DNA of 64,000 nucleotides from an uncultured Alphaproteobacteria bacterium. GTDB lineage: Bacteria; Pseudomonadota; Alphaproteobacteria; RF32; CAG-239. The stretch spans positions 4,877-68,876 of the forward strand of contig CALXTW010000002.1 in assembly GCA_944391515.1 (NCBI GenBank). Reading direction: 5' to 3'. The notes beneath the pieces are model-generated. The model saw nothing but the letters and a program-made list of their open reading frames with translations, made no database searches and was not told the origin of the DNA. The position numbers were made by a program, and so were the translations under genes. Below are positions 20,391 to 29,285 of this stretch, piece after piece (within the stretch, counting starts at the first letter, position 1; every line of letters begins with the position of its first letter).

Positions 20391-21824
20391 ATGAATACGT
20401 CCTTAACTCTATTATCTGCATTAATCGCCGTTCCGTTGATAGGTTTTTTGTTTACCTTATTGGCCAAAGATGATGAAACCACCAAAGGGCGCAATGTTTT
20501 TAGCGTAACCATTTTAACATTGGTTTCAAATTTGTTTTTATTGTGGCGGATTGCTCTGAATTTAGACATAGATAAGAGAGGTCTTCAGCTTTCCGAAACC
20601 TACAATTGGCTTGATTATCCCAAAATTGATTTGGTTTTTGGAATAGATATGTTTTCGCTTTTAATCATAGCCGCGATTCATATTTCTTTGATAATCAGTC
20701 TGGCTGGTATTCGCCATCGTGACCGTGCAAAAAAATCGCTTTATGCATTGTGTTTGTTATTTTTAGCCATGATAAACGGTTTATTTATTTCGGCTGATAT
20801 TTACTCATTTTATATCTTTTTTGAGGCGATGCTTTTGCCATTGTTTTTGCTGATAGGTATTTTCGGTGACATCAAGCGCCAAGTTATTGTGTCGCGCTTT
20901 TTTATCTATAACTTTTTAGGTGCAATCTTTTTGTTTATTGCCACGGCGGTATTGTATAACCATGAAGGGCATAGTATTTCACTTTCCTCCGTCAGCCGAC
21001 TTGATTTAAGTCCCAAATTAGAGCTTTGCGTTTGGGGAGCAATCTTTGTCTCTTTCTTATCTCGTATTCCGATATGGCCGTTCCACTATTGGATATCATC
21101 TATTAACTCAGCGGTTCGTAGTCCTTTGGTATTTAACGTGGTCAATCTGATACCTTTAACCGGAGTTTACGGCTTTATCCGCTATTGCCCCGAAGCCGCT
21201 CCCGACAATGTCAGCTATTATTTCTATATTTTGGAAATCATCGCCATCATCAGTATGCTGTTTATTTCTCTCATCGGGCTGATTAATAAGGATGTGCAGT
21301 ATAAAATTTTTTCATTTATGACGATTTACTATATTATGTATATGTTGGGTGCTTTGCTGCCGATTGATAAGATTTTGATAAATATCGGCTTTTCTTTGTT
21401 TGCTTTTATCATCATCACTGCCACGCTTGAGATGTTGACCGCCTATTTGGAAGATGAGCAAGAAGATAAATCAATAGGTGCTCATGGTATATTATGCCGA
21501 GTACCTAAACTCTCATTTATTTACTCATTTTTGGTTTTGGCCGCGGTGGGAATGCCTGTATCCTCTCTGTTTTTGAATAATTTTGTGATTTTGTCGCATT
21601 TATTCAGCTATAACATTCGCTTAGGTATTTTAATAATGTTTGCACTGTTGTTGGTTGCGGGCACACTTATTCAGGAGTTATACATCTTCAAAGACAACTC
21701 CAAAATCTCAGATGACACGGTTTGCATTATGGATATTTCCACCAAAATGTTCAGTTGGCTTATCTTTTTATCAGGGTTACTGATAGTCACGTTTATTAAT
21801 CCGTTATGGTTTATAGGAGGATAA
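20391..21824 (+). CDS. nuoM: Divergent NuoM-like subunit
   Basis: GIDMFS, FYIFFEAMLLP, PIWPFHYW, GVYGFIR, AAVGMP. Confidence 0.75.
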   Translation: MNTSLTLLSALIAVPLIGFLFTLLAKDDETTKGRNVFSVTILTLVSNLFLLWRIALNLDIDKRGLQLSETYNWLDYPKIDLVFGIDMFSLLIIAAIHISLIISLAGIRHRDRAKKSLYALCLLFLAMINGLFISADIYSFYIFFEAMLLPLFLLIGIFGDIKRQVIVSRFFIYNFLGAIFLFIATAVLYNHEGHSISLSSVSRLDLSPKLELCVWGAIFVSFLSRIPIWPFHYWISSINSAVRSPLVFNVVNLIPLTGVYGFIRYCPEAAPDNVSYYFYILEIIAIISMLFISLIGLINKDVQYKIFSFMTIYYIMYMLGALLPIDKILINIGFSLFAFIIITATLEMLTAYLEDEQEDKSIGAHGILCRVPKLSFIYSFLVLAAVGMPVSSLFLNNFVILSHLFSYNIRLGILIMFALLLVAGTLIQELYIFKDNSKISDDTVCIMDISTKMFSWLIFLSGLLIVTFINPLWFIGG

Positions 21825-21825
21825 G

Positions 21826-23250
21826 ATGAAAACTTATTACATCAGTCTCTTGCCCGAAATAACGTTATTATTAGGAAGCCTGATAATGATGCTGACAGAG
21901 CGTTTTCGGAGCGCATCCACCCCAAAAACCAATTTCACCATTGCCAAAGTTTCCATATTTTTGAGCATGGTGCTAAGCATTATTTTTTACAATCAAAGTT
22001 TTTGGCCGGAATATTTTAAAAACACACCCTATACCACAGCCTCAAAGGTTTTTATAGATATTTTGGCATTGGTTTCATTTTATTTGGGTTGCAAATGGTT
22101 TTTAAGCAAAAATCGCTCTAGTCTAAGTTTTTATATTTCAGGCACAATCTCAGTCCTTCTGTTATCTTTAAGCATCTCGGCGCAAAATTTATTGGTTATG
22201 CTAGGGTGTTTGGATATCGCCTTCTTACTCAATATTGTTTTTATCAAACTCTATCCAGATGCAGAAGAAGTTTCCCCAATCTTGCATAGATATATTGTGG
22301 GCTTTGTCATAATGAATATTTTTTGCATTGTGGGTTTATATTTAATGCACAGCAATGGCATATCGTTTGACTTTGCTGCCGCCAAAAAAGCCTATAAACA
22401 GATTGCCAGCCCTAGCTTTAGAGAATATTTATCGGTTGTTCTCATTATCATCACATTGTTTTATATGCTGGGTGTTGCACCGTTTCATTTTTGGTTTGCT
22501 AACGTTCAATCGGTATCAATTTTACCGGTCAGTATGTTTTTGAGTTTTATTCCGCCATTGGCATATATTTCAATTTTGATAAATGTTTTGTACAATGTTT
22601 TTTACCCGCTTTTTGATACGTTACATGTCTTTATCATTGGATGTGGTATTTTATCCGTCATATTAGGAGCCATTGGTGTCAATGGGGAAAGCAACCTCAA
22701 AAAAATGTTTTCTTATGTTTCGCTTTATAATTTGGGTGCCGTATTACTCTGCCTTGCCGATTTTAATGCCAAAGGCATTTTTACGGGCTTTGTCTGCCTG
22801 ATAGTATATATTTTGGCGCTGTTGGGAATATATACGGTGTTGTATGCTTTTAAGCGCAAAGGTGACTATGTGGCCGAAATCGGCAATCTCTCGGGCAGCT
22901 CAACTGTTTTACCCTATGCTTCGGCCTCGTTCCTGATTTTTTTTGTCTCCTTATTGGGAACACCGCCGATGTTGGGCTTTTTAGGCAAACTTTCCATAAT
23001 TAATTACTTGATTGTTCAGGGAAGTTATGCTTTTATAGGCATAATACTAATGGCAACGCTCCTTTTGGCTTATGCTTTTTTGAAGATTATCAAAACCATA
23101 TATTTTGATAAAAATGAGAGTGGATTTGACCGCGTTGATAAAGGTGTATATATCTGCCTGACCATTAATTTGTTTTTGGTTTTGATGTCAATCCTAAATC
23201 CGAGCTATCTCTTGCATGATGCGGAGCCGTTGCTAACAACCGTCTTATAA
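21826..23250 (+). CDS. nuoN: Divergent NuoN-like subunit
   Basis: LLPEI, APFHFW, LKKM..Y, SLLGTPPMLGFLGK, KIIKTIYF. Confidence 0.75.
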   Translation: MKTYYISLLPEITLLLGSLIMMLTERFRSASTPKTNFTIAKVSIFLSMVLSIIFYNQSFWPEYFKNTPYTTASKVFIDILALVSFYLGCKWFLSKNRSSLSFYISGTISVLLLSLSISAQNLLVMLGCLDIAFLLNIVFIKLYPDAEEVSPILHRYIVGFVIMNIFCIVGLYLMHSNGISFDFAAAKKAYKQIASPSFREYLSVVLIIITLFYMLGVAPFHFWFANVQSVSILPVSMFLSFIPPLAYISILINVLYNVFYPLFDTLHVFIIGCGILSVILGAIGVNGESNLKKMFSYVSLYNLGAVLLCLADFNAKGIFTGFVCLIVYILALLGIYTVLYAFKRKGDYVAEIGNLSGSSTVLPYASASFLIFFVSLLGTPPMLGFLGKLSIINYLIVQGSYAFIGIILMATLLLAYAFLKIIKTIYFDKNESGFDRVDKGVYICLTINLFLVLMSILNPSYLLHDAEPLLTTVL

Positions 23251-23259
23251 GGAATAAAA

Positions 23260-24003
23260 ATGGAATATATCGGCGAGTGGATGTTGCATGATATGGAAGA
23301 AGTCGGCAGCACCAATGACGAAGTAAAAAAACTAAGTGCCAATATTACCGGTGAAAAGGTCATCATTTCAGCCCAGCGGCAAATAAACGGTCGAGGACGC
23401 CGCGGCCGCAGCTGGATAGGCTTGGACGGCAACTTGTTTTTTTCACAAGGTCTGGAGTGTAACTTAAATGCCATCGGAGCCATGGTCTTTATCTCCACCC
23501 TAAGCCTATGGCGCACGATACAAGATTTAAATCCTGTATTAAATGTGGAACTCAAATGGCCCAATGACGTATTGGTTAATGATAAAAAAGTTTCGGGCAT
23601 GTTGCTTGAGAAAGGCGAAGGCGACTATTTAATCATCGGCATTGGCGTCAACATAAAAATTTCTCCCAAACTGGTGAGCATGCTTTATCCATGCACCAGC
23701 TTGGCAGAGGAGGGCGTTGATACGGACCGAATATCCTTTTTGCAAAGCTATATCGAAAATTTCAATTCGTATTATGAAACATGGCAACTCCAAGGTTTTG
23801 AACCAATAAGAACGGAATGGCTCTCACACGCCAAAGATTTACATGAAGAGATTATAGTTCATTTAGATAATGAGGACCTTGTCGGAATATTTGAAAGCGT
23901 AGATGAGCATGGTTCTTTATTGCTCAATCAGGGAACGGATATCAAAAAGATATATGCGGGTGATGTGTTTTATCCCCAAAGGAAGCAAGTAATCAATGAG
24001 TGA
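23260..24003 (+). CDS. birA: Biotin-protein ligase (no N-terminal HTH)
   Basis: STND, Q..GRGRRGRSW, LKWPND, KKVSGML, GIGVN, AGDV. Confidence 0.95.
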   Translation: MEYIGEWMLHDMEEVGSTNDEVKKLSANITGEKVIISAQRQINGRGRRGRSWIGLDGNLFFSQGLECNLNAIGAMVFISTLSLWRTIQDLNPVLNVELKWPNDVLVNDKKVSGMLLEKGEGDYLIIGIGVNIKISPKLVSMLYPCTSLAEEGVDTDRISFLQSYIENFNSYYETWQLQGFEPIRTEWLSHAKDLHEEIIVHLDNEDLVGIFESVDEHGSLLLNQGTDIKKIYAGDVFYPQRKQVINE

Positions 24004-25801
24004 AGAAATATTAAACCAAACAGAAGAACAAACACAAATGCAGGATAATGCAAAATTACCGCCTTTTTTGCAAAAGGAAGGATTTTATTTTATAGCTCTG
24101 GGCGGAGCCGAAAAAGTCGGCATGAATATGTATGCCTATATTTGCGAGGGCAAAATTATTGTCGTTGACGCCGGCTATGACTTTTTAAATGATGATTTCC
24201 CCGGAATGGAATTAGGACTGGCAGATCCAAGTTGGCTTGAAAATTATAAAGATTGTATAGAAGCAATGTTTATCACCCACTCACATGAGGATCACTTTGG
24301 GGCGATTGCTCATATCTGGCCAAAATTAAGATGTCCGGTCTATGCAACGGATTTCACCATTGGGCATATTGTGCCGCGCTTAAGAGAGTTTAAGTTAGAC
24401 GGTGAGGTCGAACTCATTTCGGTAAATGAAAACCCGATAGTAAAGTTAACCAATTTTGAGGTTGAATATGTGCCTGTTGTTCACTCTTTGCCCGAAAATT
24501 CGGCGCTGAGAATAAAAACCAAATATGGCACGATTTTTCATGCTACCGATTGGCGTTTTGACGACGGGAATATAGAGTTTTTGCAAACTTCTTATCAACG
24601 TTTGGAAGAGATTGGTAATCAAGGTGTAGATTTATACGTTGGAGATTCAATCCATATGGCACATGGAGCAACCCAACCATCCGAAATGGAAATCCGTCAA
24701 AGCCTGATAGATTTGATGCCGAGATTCAAAAATACATTGGTGGCAACGTGTTTTGCCTCTAATGTAGCCCGTATGGAAAGTCTGATTTTAGCGGCTCATG
24801 CTTGCGGACGTACGCCGGTTATTGCCGGAATGAGTTTAATCCAAAATATGAACATAGCCAAAGAATGCGGCATATTAAAAGATGTACCTTACTATGTTGA
24901 AGCCAAACAAGCGATGGATATTCCTCTGGATAAAATGCTCTATATCTGTGCCGGTTCACAAGGAAATTATCGCAGTGGTTTGACCAGAATAGTCAATGGT
25001 GAGAACAAAGATATTAAGTTAGGCAAAGGAGATGCGATAATCTTTTCCTCCCAAATCATTCCGGGAAATGAAGAAAAAATTGAGCGCATGCAAGAAAAAT
25101 TGCGCGATGCCGGCGTTGAGGTTATTTCGTCTGAAGAATATATGGTTCATACCTCAGGACACGGCACCAAAGAAGATATCAAAAAAATGTTTTCTCTTCT
25201 GCGCCCCAAGGTCGTCATTCCTGTTCACGGGGATAAAAGAGCCATCCGCCAACAAAAACGCTATACTGAAGAATTAGATTGCGGAGTACGGCAAGTTTTG
25301 ATTGTTCGCGACGGAGATGTCGTTTTAGTAAATTCGGATAAGGCTGAAATTGTGGGACTTGTTCCAACTGATGAATTAGGTTTTGATAGGAAGAAACTCA
25401 TTAGCCTAGGGTCTCAATTGGTCAAGAACAGACGACGCATAGCCTATAATTGCAGCTTGTTTATCACGGCTGTCTTGAGCGAAAATTGGCAGGTTGAAGA
25501 TTTAGAGATAACCTCGATTGACATCTTAGAAGAAGATGATTTTAAGGCTCTGGCCGAAGAAATCAAACAAGAGATGTTACAGGCAATCCCGCAAGAGGTG
25601 GTAAAGCTCAACTATCGCCCTCAGGCTGTTAAAGAATATATTGCCGCTAAAATCCGCAAAAAAGTCTTTAATGCAACAGGTATAAAGCCGGTAACATTTA
25701 TTCATTTTTATAAAAAGCCCTCGGCAGATGAAGAAATAACTTTTGAAACAGGTACAGACATTTCTGAAGACCAACCTGAGATTTTATACTTGCCGGATTA
25801 A
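23996..25801 (+). CDS. rnj: Ribonuclease J
   Basis: LGGAEKVGMN, THSHEDHFG, FASNVAR, IPGNE, HTSGH, PVHGD. Confidence 0.95.
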   Translation: MSEEILNQTEEQTQMQDNAKLPPFLQKEGFYFIALGGAEKVGMNMYAYICEGKIIVVDAGYDFLNDDFPGMELGLADPSWLENYKDCIEAMFITHSHEDHFGAIAHIWPKLRCPVYATDFTIGHIVPRLREFKLDGEVELISVNENPIVKLTNFEVEYVPVVHSLPENSALRIKTKYGTIFHATDWRFDDGNIEFLQTSYQRLEEIGNQGVDLYVGDSIHMAHGATQPSEMEIRQSLIDLMPRFKNTLVATCFASNVARMESLILAAHACGRTPVIAGMSLIQNMNIAKECGILKDVPYYVEAKQAMDIPLDKMLYICAGSQGNYRSGLTRIVNGENKDIKLGKGDAIIFSSQIIPGNEEKIERMQEKLRDAGVEVISSEEYMVHTSGHGTKEDIKKMFSLLRPKVVIPVHGDKRAIRQQKRYTEELDCGVRQVLIVRDGDVVLVNSDKAEIVGLVPTDELGFDRKKLISLGSQLVKNRRRIAYNCSLFITAVLSENWQVEDLEITSIDILEEDDFKALAEEIKQEMLQAIPQEVVKLNYRPQAVKEYIAAKIRKKVFNATGIKPVTFIHFYKKPSADEEITFETGTDISEDQPEILYLPD

Positions 25802-25810
25802 AAATACTTA

Positions 25811-25908
25811 TTAGCCAAAAGAAAAAAATCACTGTAAATCTGTTTGACAAACGCTTTCGGATATGCTAAGTTATAAAAAGACAAGGTTCAGTTATAACGG
25901 AGTGTATT
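25811..25908 (+). promoter_or_regulatory. Sigma70-like promoter and leader, duplicated at 54752-54849 on the minus strand
   Basis: TTGACA(25844)-N17-TAAGTT; near-identical ~100-bp copy upstream of the paralogous gene. Confidence 0.7.
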
Positions 25909-27708
25909 ATGAGAAAGCAGCTTGCGATAGGAGTATCGGTGCTTGCGCTTACTGCATTAGGTGGCGTAAGTGAAAGTGATTTTATTTTAATCAATCAACA
26001 AGGTGCAGATTCGCAATACACACACCTCGTAAAAACCAGTCTAAACCAATTTGAGCCTTTGTCGGGGGCAAGTCTTTTACTAGACTTGCCCAATCGTAAT
26101 TCTTTTCAAGCCACGTCTGTTCAATTCATCACCGGTGGAGATAATCTTGATTTCGGAAATATGGATTTTACCGACCCGACGATTGAGCAATGCCAAAGAT
26201 ATGGTTATTCCTTAACCAGTTGTGGAGCTGGTCAGCTTCAAGGTTTGAAATGTCCTTATAATTCAGCTTATTTTGATAGATGTTGCGATGGTCGTTACAA
26301 GTATGACAAAAGTGCTTGCAATTATCCTAATACAGTTAGTAGTGATAGCTGTGGCGGTAAATATATGTGCTATTGTGACAGAAGTTTGTATCCTGAAACA
26401 AAATGTGCCTCTCCGATGGTGGCGGAAAGCGGGGATAGTTGCATCGAAGATGGGGTAACTTATTATGCCCAATGCGTGTGTCCATCATCATACTCACAAA
26501 CCTGTGACGGGTTAAATCAAGAAGGATCGGGAGAGGGATGTACTCAAAACGGCGTAACCAAATATACAAGTTGTCAATGCAAGAGTGGTTATAATATGAC
26601 ATGTTCAGACTTTGGACCAACCAATCCTTCCGATTATTGTTTAATGAATGGAATAAAATATTACAACGACTGTAAAACTTGTGAAAAACAAGAAGATGTT
26701 GATCCTACAAGTTGTTCAAATGGGACAACTTTAGAGGATGATGGATGCGGAGGAACGAGAATAGTCTGTGCCGCATGTTCATCACAATATAAATATGACG
26801 AAAATAACTGTCCGTCATCAAAATTTTTTCATTGTGGAGAAGGTTGTGATTCATTATATGAGGATTGTTATCCAAAATATTCTTTAGATGAAAATGGACA
26901 ATTTAATACTCTTGATTTTTTAGGTGAAAACAGACTACTAAGTGATGTGATTTTTACCAATGATAAATCTTTTTGCCCAAGAGTAAAAGAACATTTTGTT
27001 GATTTATATGATGAAACCCGTAACACAATGTATACTTATAGATTAATTCTAGATGCTAAATATAACATTCAAAATAAAGTTTTAAAACTTTGTGTTGATG
27101 CAGATGATAAATGTCTGTCATTTGTACAAGAAATGATTGAAGCAATATCGGAAACATATAAAGATGGACAAGCAAAAGAACTAAATATAACAAGTGATAT
27201 GGAGTGTGGTAATCTACTTTTTTCAGGGAGTTCTTCTGGTAAAATAACTATCAATGGAAATGGCCATACAGTTTCATTTCGTTATTTAGGAGATCCTATT
27301 ATGGAGGATCTCAATGTAAATAATCTAAATATCGAAATTTTCAGTACAGGCTATTATGCTGCAAATAAAAAATTGGAGTGTTACTCCTCCTCTAAAATGG
27401 ACTATATTAGAAATTGTCATCTTCAAGATACAAATGTAAAGACCTCTGGAGGAATAGACGTAACTGATGTATTTTTGAACACAACAACATCAGGAACGTG
27501 TAATTTTGATCTAAATGGTATAATGTGGGGGGCGCATTATTCTGGAGGAATTCCCTATGGAAAGTTAGATATTACACCTTTGGAAGGACAACTAAACATT
27601 AAAACCATTCGTCCAAGGGATCCCAGTGTCTATCCGGAATACGAAAAGTTTAGAGTAGATCTAAACACAGGTGACGGTGATGTAAATGTAACTTTTTACG
27701 AGTCTTAG
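25909..27708 (+). CDS. Secreted Cys-rich protein with conserved N-terminal half and variable C-terminal half
   Basis: Signal-peptide-like N-terminus MRKQLAIG; many Cys; the first ~260 aa are paralogous to 53828..54751. Confidence 0.8.
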   Translation: MRKQLAIGVSVLALTALGGVSESDFILINQQGADSQYTHLVKTSLNQFEPLSGASLLLDLPNRNSFQATSVQFITGGDNLDFGNMDFTDPTIEQCQRYGYSLTSCGAGQLQGLKCPYNSAYFDRCCDGRYKYDKSACNYPNTVSSDSCGGKYMCYCDRSLYPETKCASPMVAESGDSCIEDGVTYYAQCVCPSSYSQTCDGLNQEGSGEGCTQNGVTKYTSCQCKSGYNMTCSDFGPTNPSDYCLMNGIKYYNDCKTCEKQEDVDPTSCSNGTTLEDDGCGGTRIVCAACSSQYKYDENNCPSSKFFHCGEGCDSLYEDCYPKYSLDENGQFNTLDFLGENRLLSDVIFTNDKSFCPRVKEHFVDLYDETRNTMYTYRLILDAKYNIQNKVLKLCVDADDKCLSFVQEMIEAISETYKDGQAKELNITSDMECGNLLFSGSSSGKITINGNGHTVSFRYLGDPIMEDLNVNNLNIEIFSTGYYAANKKLECYSSSKMDYIRNCHLQDTNVKTSGGIDVTDVFLNTTTSGTCNFDLNGIMWGAHYSGGIPYGKLDITPLEGQLNIKTIRPRDPSVYPEYEKFRVDLNTGDGDVNVTFYES

Positions 27709-27741
27709 CATTTTAAGTCTATACAATCCGGATTAAAAAAT

Positions 27742-27768
27742 AACGGGGTGATTTTTCACCCCGTTTTC
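27742..27768. terminator. Intrinsic terminator between convergent genes
   Basis: AACGGGGTGA-tttt-TCACCCCGTT. Confidence 0.75.
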
Positions 27769-29190
27769 TTATTCAAAGCTAATAGGCAGATAAATTGTAA
27801 AAGTCGTTCCGTTATAAGAAGTAGAGGTAACGGTCAGATTGCCCTTGTGGCGAAGGATAATATGCTTGGCAATAGCCAAACCAAGTCCCGTACCTTTTAT
27901 ATTGAGGTCTTTATGCTCTTGCATACGATAGAAACGTTCCGTTAAGCGTGCTAAGTTTTCGGGAGCAATTTTGGGACCTTTGTTATTAACCGAAATAGCC
28001 AAGGCTTTGCCCTGAGCCACCTTAAAACTTTTTGACGGAGGAATTTGTTCCACCACTTTAGCCTTAATTAATAAATCGCTTTTAGCCACGCCATATTTAA
28101 CGGCATTGTCTGTCAGGTTTTGAATAACTTGTTTAACCTGATGCTCATCAGCTGTAATAATTGGTAAATTATCTTCCAAGAAGGTATGAATTGAAATTTC
28201 TCTGGCTTTGGCTTTTATATCAAGAGCGTGAGCCACTTCTTCAATAATTTTCTTCACATCAACTTTTCCTTCCGGCAAGGTATCTTGGCTCATTTCAATT
28301 TTTGAAAGCGAGAGCAAATTCTCAATCAAAGAGGACATATATTCAGCTTGCTCTTGCATAATTTTCAAAAACTTATCTCTGGCCTCGGCATCATCTTTGG
28401 CGGTTGTTTGTAAGGTTTCAATAAAGCCGGAAATAATTGCTAAAGGAGTTCTAAGCTCGTGACTGGCATTTGCCACAAAGTCTGATTGCATTTTTTCAAT
28501 CTTCATGGCTTTGGTCATATCATAAAGTGAAATCACCGCTACGGCACGCCCTTTGGATTGATAGGGAAGTTGTTTGATATGGGCATAAAGTTTTTGCTCG
28601 ATAGGTTTTTTGATATAAAAAATCAAGTTTTCCGATTCGCTTTCTTTTTTCAGAACTTTTGAAACCGCTTCAATAAAATTATTAGACGAGATGAGCTGTT
28701 CTACATTTTTTGATGTAATGTTTTTGCCAAACAATACGCGAGATGATAAATTTGCCCCGATAATGTTTCCTGATCTGTCAATCATCATAATCGGGTCAGG
28801 TAAGGTGTCCAAAACGGCGGTATCAGAAATAGCTTGAGCCTCCAAATTATCAGTTTTAGCCGCCCAAAAACGATGCATCGAGTTTACGGCTTCAACAATT
28901 TCTTTGGCGTCTTTTTCTGAGACGTCAACTTCATCACGAGGCATTTCACCTTTTGCCACACCTTTAACATAGTTTTTGAGCTGTTGCATTTCAAAGGACA
29001 GCGGAAGCAAGAACACAATATTGAACACAATGATTGTGGCATAAGAGATAATAGCCATTGACGGCGCAAGCATTTTAAGAGCCACCAGCATAATAAATAC
29101 CAAAGCCGGAGGAAATGAGAGCACCAAGACACGGTCGGCAAATTTGTTGTTTTTTTCAAATTGATAAGCAGTAGAACTTTTCTTAAACAT
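27769..29190 (-). CDS. PhoR-like PAS sensor histidine kinase
   Basis: Two TM segments, PAS domain, DFVANASHELRTPL, NLTDNAVKY, RLTERFYR, GTGLGLAI. Confidence 0.85.
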   Translation of the reverse strand: MFKKSSTAYQFEKNNKFADRVLVLSFPPALVFIMLVALKMLAPSMAIISYATIIVFNIVFLLPLSFEMQQLKNYVKGVAKGEMPRDEVDVSEKDAKEIVEAVNSMHRFWAAKTDNLEAQAISDTAVLDTLPDPIMMIDRSGNIIGANLSSRVLFGKNITSKNVEQLISSNNFIEAVSKVLKKESESENLIFYIKKPIEQKLYAHIKQLPYQSKGRAVAVISLYDMTKAMKIEKMQSDFVANASHELRTPLAIISGFIETLQTTAKDDAEARDKFLKIMQEQAEYMSSLIENLLSLSKIEMSQDTLPEGKVDVKKIIEEVAHALDIKAKAREISIHTFLEDNLPIITADEHQVKQVIQNLTDNAVKYGVAKSDLLIKAKVVEQIPPSKSFKVAQGKALAISVNNKGPKIAPENLARLTERFYRMQEHKDLNIKGTGLGLAIAKHIILRHKGNLTVTSTSYNGTTFTIYLPISFE

Positions 29191-29285
29191 CTTCTTGTCC
29201 CATAAATGCTAAAAAAATCTGGACGAACTCTTAAATTATACTATTATACAGATAGTTTAAATTTACTAAATAATTGCAAAAAATA

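Noticed and set aside
27960-28000. Histidine kinase G1 box reads NKGPK instead of DxGxG
   Set aside because: Asn variants occur in functional kinases and the H, N, F and G2 boxes are intact; too weak to call a pseudokinase
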